A DNA stretch of 64,000 nt from Podarcis erhardii (Eukaryota). Shown piece after piece: positions 60,057-64,000 of this stretch; within the stretch, counting starts at the first letter, position 1; the number at the start of each line of letters is the position of its first letter. Location: the NCBI GenBank assembly GCA_964252035.1, contig OZ176202.1, one strand, 5' to 3'. The notes under the pieces were generated by a model. The model made no database searches. It had not been told where the DNA came from and saw only the letters and a list, made by a program, of their open reading frames with translations. The position numbers and the translations under genes were made by a program.

Positions 60057-60443
60057 CTGCAAGCAAAGAACAGCAGTTACCAGAATGAATTTAACTGTAC
60101 AAGCAAGAATGAATGTTAACTTCTGTAATTCCATTTTTGAAATTAATAAAAGCTGCACACATTTTACAAAACCTCATGTTATCAGGACCAGCCACACTCT
60201 TATGAAGATCCATGTTAAATATCCACGTTGCGCTCTCCCCAATCCTCAAGTTGTGCCCTGCATCCAGACTTTAAAAGTCTGTATGCAGCTCAGACGTTCT
60301 CGCTACAGTTTTGATGCTGCAGTTTGGTGTCAAACCTCAGGAAAGTTTCACTGAGTCTTCCAATCCTTTGGCCATCATCCAACCATCCACTGAGGTATAT
60401 TTCAGCTCCCATCTCTTTCCTCCATCCTGCAATGATGGAAGTA

Positions 60444-60615
60444 TAGTAGGTACCTTGGTTTTTGAATGCCTCCATAATCGAACGTTTCGGAACTTGAACG
60501 CCAAAAACCCAGAAGTAAATGCCTTGGTTTCTGAACGTGCCTTGGAAGTCGGACAGGTTTGGGAAATCGAATGGACTTCCAGAACGGATTATGTTCGAAA
60601 ACCAAAGTACCACTG
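60444..60615. mobile_element. Tc1/mariner MITE, eroded
   Basis: TA|tagtaggtaccttgg ... ccaaagtaccactg|TA. Confidence 0.65.
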
Positions 60616-61952
60616 TATGTACTGGTTTCACTCCCTTATTCCCACCCCCTATAAAAGACTGCAATTTCTTATACAACAGCTATGTTGAGAGTATTTCACC
60701 CTCAACACCCCATTAGCACAGGAGCCCTTTGTGCATTTGTTGTTCTGTATACATAGGTTCTCTCTGCCTCAGGCAAATGGTCCCAATAACTATCCAAAAG
60801 CCTTGGTAGCCATTTTGAAGTATATAAAATGCTTGTGCATTGGTAGAACATCACCCTGAAAGAAGCTTGATGTAGTAAAATCTCTTCCTACCCTGCCATT
60901 GCCCAGAGTTTGTGGGCACTGGGGGGAAAGCATACAGACAAACAGAAGCAAATTAAGACAACCTCAATGGGATTTCAGAGGAAGACTGCATATGATTGGG
61001 TCATGGGCATTTTTCAAAATTGATTAAAAATATTGTAATGAGTTGTTTTACTTATGTTTTAACTTTGTTCTCTATAAGCTATGCTAATACCTTGAATGCC
61101 GTGGTAATAATTTATTCCAAATTATCATGCATAACAAAAATAAATAGGCATTTTGGCAGCTTGGGGGGGAAAGCCCCACAAGTAAAAAGAATGGCTTTGT
61201 AACATAAAATCTGAGTAATCTGAATAAGTCCCCTGCACATCTACATTTAAGCTCACCCTTTGCTCAATACACATAATCCATACCTATGAGAAGCTTGAGC
61301 CCTATTAGAAGGTAAGTGACCTGACACATCATCCACTTTGGGTTATTTTAAAACATGTATATATCGCCTTCCCAAATGAGAATTCTTTTAAAGCACCTTA
61401 TATATTAAAGGCAGAGCATATCAACTGCAGCAAAATAAAATAGTGGCTCCCGAAACTGCATTTAAATGGATAGTTTGATAAAATGTAGAATATAAAAACA
61501 GCAGCAAATCATTCCCTACAAAGCCACTAGAAGCAGCTTTCTAAAAATACTGGCATTATGGTGTACTTGTGGGTGACAACAGGCAAGGAGTTCCATGGAT
61601 GTGGGGCCACCCACAAAAAAATAATGTCCTGCAATTCACAGCACTATTGTAGGGCTGGTGAACATAGAATGTCCCTTCATATAGACTGCTGAGAAGCTGT
61701 CACTAATGGGGTTTGATTATGGTGTAACTTTATGCCTGCTTCTCGTGCACATGATTGCTCTCTGAATATAATGCTGTGGTCCTTCGCTTGTGGAGAACAT
61801 GGGTTGGGGAGGGCCATTGCTTTGGGGAAGGGTCATTCACTTTATATTACTTATTGTATGTCTTGTTAGACTTGTGACTCAAGTACTCTGGAACACTGGT
61901 ACACACATCCATTTAAAAATGAAACTCTCTAACAATAAAGTGGGTATATTGA

Positions 61953-62173
61953 TAGTAGAACCTCGGTTGTTGAATGTAATCCATTCCGGAAGACTGTTCG
62001 ACTTCTGAAACATTCGACAACTGAGGCACAATTGCCGGCCGGCAAAATCCATTGAAAAAAATGAAGAAACACGCCTTGGAAGCCATTCAACTTCCAAGGT
62101 GCGTTTGAAAAGCATTCACTTCCAGGTTGCTGACATTCGACTTCCGAAGCGTTCGACAACCAAGGTTCCACTG
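61953..62173. mobile_element. Tc1/mariner MITE, eroded
   Basis: tagtagaacctcggttgt ... acaaccaaggttccactg|TA. Confidence 0.65.
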
Positions 62174-62594
62174 TACTATCAATTACACATATCAGTCCGT
62201 TTAGCCAAAAGAAAAAGCCTCAAAGAGTCTCGACAAGGTGAAATACAACAAATAAAGCAATGAAAAATAAAACAGCGAAAAAACAGAATGGATGCAATGC
62301 CATCCAACCATTGTATATACTAATTCACACTGAGAGCCACAGCTCAGTGATAAAGATGCTATCCTTTCTCTCCAAAACAATCCCTGGCATCTCTAGGTAA
62401 GGCTGAGAAGGAACCCTATTTGAAAACTTGGGCACCCATACCTGAAGAGATTCAATTTACTAAGATCCTATGCATCCTAGAACCCTCTCACCACCCCTGA
62501 AACTAAGAGGAAGGACAGGATCTCTCCACAACTTCAACACCTATCAACCCTTTAGCTAGAATGCAATAAAAGTGGCTTTGTTATTCACCCACTT

Positions 62595-62945
62595 AATGGC
62601 AGACCAACTCTGTATTACAAATACGTCTGCGAATGTGACATGAAGGCTGGCAACCCTGACATATAGATGACAGCAGTGCCTGGAGGCAGTCAGGTCATGT
62701 ATCCCCAACAGTGACCAGAGAAGGAATGGCTGCTAGGAGAAGTGCAGAGAGAAGAAACACTGTGATGCATTTGCAGCAGCACAACTGGACTCCTTCATCT
62801 GCCCCAGCTGCAATAAAACATGTCTCTCCTGCAGTGGTCTGCACTGCCACAGCAAGCGCGGAAACTCTCCAACTGTTTGACTTTACCTGCAAAGGAGAAC
62901 TCTTCCATCGTTTCCTTGATACAGATGGAAGCCAACAACAACAAG
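62595..62945 (+). mobile_element. Old RTE-clade LINE 3' end
   Basis: Fragmented RPTL..K.VC..DMKAG...FICPSCNKTCLS..GL..H; gccaacaacaacaag tail. Confidence 0.65.
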
Positions 62946-64000
62946 TGTTTGCTCCAAAATTGTTCTTTTTAGCTAGTTCACCAATATAATCTTGCGGGGG
63001 GAGGGACAGAAATTGAGCTTATCACTCCGGAATTAAACTGTGTGGTTTTAAACTTGCTTGCTTAGAAAATTTCTGCACAGGGCTTTCTTCTTCTTCTTCT
63101 TTTGCTGATTTAACAAAGTATTAGATTTCTTGCTCCTCTAAACCCTTTATCGCTTTTTCAAGCCTTCCACTTGCCGATATGAAACACACCAAGGTCAGAT
63201 TCTACATGTTAACCTCATTTTAAGCACCGCTTTGGCTCTGTGTCCTTGAAACTAGGACTTAATGGCAACCTTGTTAGCTATGAAGCAATGCCGTTGGGAA
63301 GCCAATAGGACTGATATCAAGCGAGAGTGAAGCCAGCCCAACAGAAGTAGAGAGAAATTAACAGGATGCAAATCAGTCTACTTAATTCTTTCCAACATCA
63401 AAGACCGACTGAAGATTATTTTGATAAAACTGAAAGGCAGTATTGGATAAAGATTTAATCAGCCAGCCTTACAAGTGTTCGTTCTCCAGTGCAGACATTC
63501 ATTTTCCTACTGCATTTTTTAAAAGAAAACTGGTCACACTATACATACCTTGGGGCAAATTGCTTTGCAAAAGTGTGTATATAGGGAGAAATTGGTACTA
63601 TGATGTAGGCCAATTTTCATGAGCCCCACCCCCTGCAATAAACTAGCAAACTGATATGAATATGTCAGGAAAAGAACTTTAGATTGTAAAAATGGAAAAA
63701 TTAGGGAAGCTGAAATTGACAAGATTGGCCCATCTGTGTACTTTACAACACTGTATTCCTTTCTTGCCAAGAATGGTACTTGGCTATAATTCTGGAGTTC
63801 TAACAAGTTATTGTTAGTTTCATCCCAGCCCCTGTTTCCCAGGAGCCCTCAGTACCCCAGGTCAGGGGGTCTCTCAGTCAGGGGCAGACCTAGGTAATAT
63901 GCCACCCTGTGAGAGGCCAACATTTGACACTCTCTCCACAGCCCTTGCAGCGTCAGCTTAAGTTGGGTAAACAAGGTAAGGTCCTAGAGCCTTCACGCCT

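Noticed and set aside
59809-60354. Antisense genes overlapping NRXN1 exons (also 59532-60119, 47082-47555)
   Set aside because: Shadow ORFs opposite real coding exons, with no recognisable homology.

Overview
This is eukaryotic genomic DNA from a squamate reptile, most likely a lacertid lizard. That assignment is inferred from Sauria SINEs, BovB-type tails, CR1/L2/RTE/L1 fragments and Tigger-like MITEs. The whole window lies inside the alpha-neurexin-1 gene (NRXN1) on the minus strand. Seven coding exons can be placed with canonical AG/GT boundaries and consistent phases: 59618-60056, 47096-47479, 33659-33862, the 27-nt SS3 microexon 29920-29946, 4100-4222, 2667-3048 and 87-277. Together they give 1750 nt covering the end of LNS2, LNS3, EGF2, LNS4 and part of LNS5. 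The gene continues beyond both window edges. Everything else is intron, and almost all ORF-track entries are spurious or transposon remnants. The most striking non-coding structure is a 223-bp Penelope-like insertion at 44570-44792 with a 13-bp target-site duplication. It is a perfect 89-bp-arm fold-back, and each strand carries an intact minimal type-I hammerhead ribozyme core that is transcribed after its own antisense copy. Other items of interest are a 33-bp perfect tandem array inside a CpG-rich MITE near the SS3 microexon, a GCG/GCA repeat expansion inside a transposon copy, two independent insertions at one target site, inverted SINE pairs bracketing exons, and splicing-factor motifs around the microexon. 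All alignments and family assignments were made by eye or from memory; no databases were searched.
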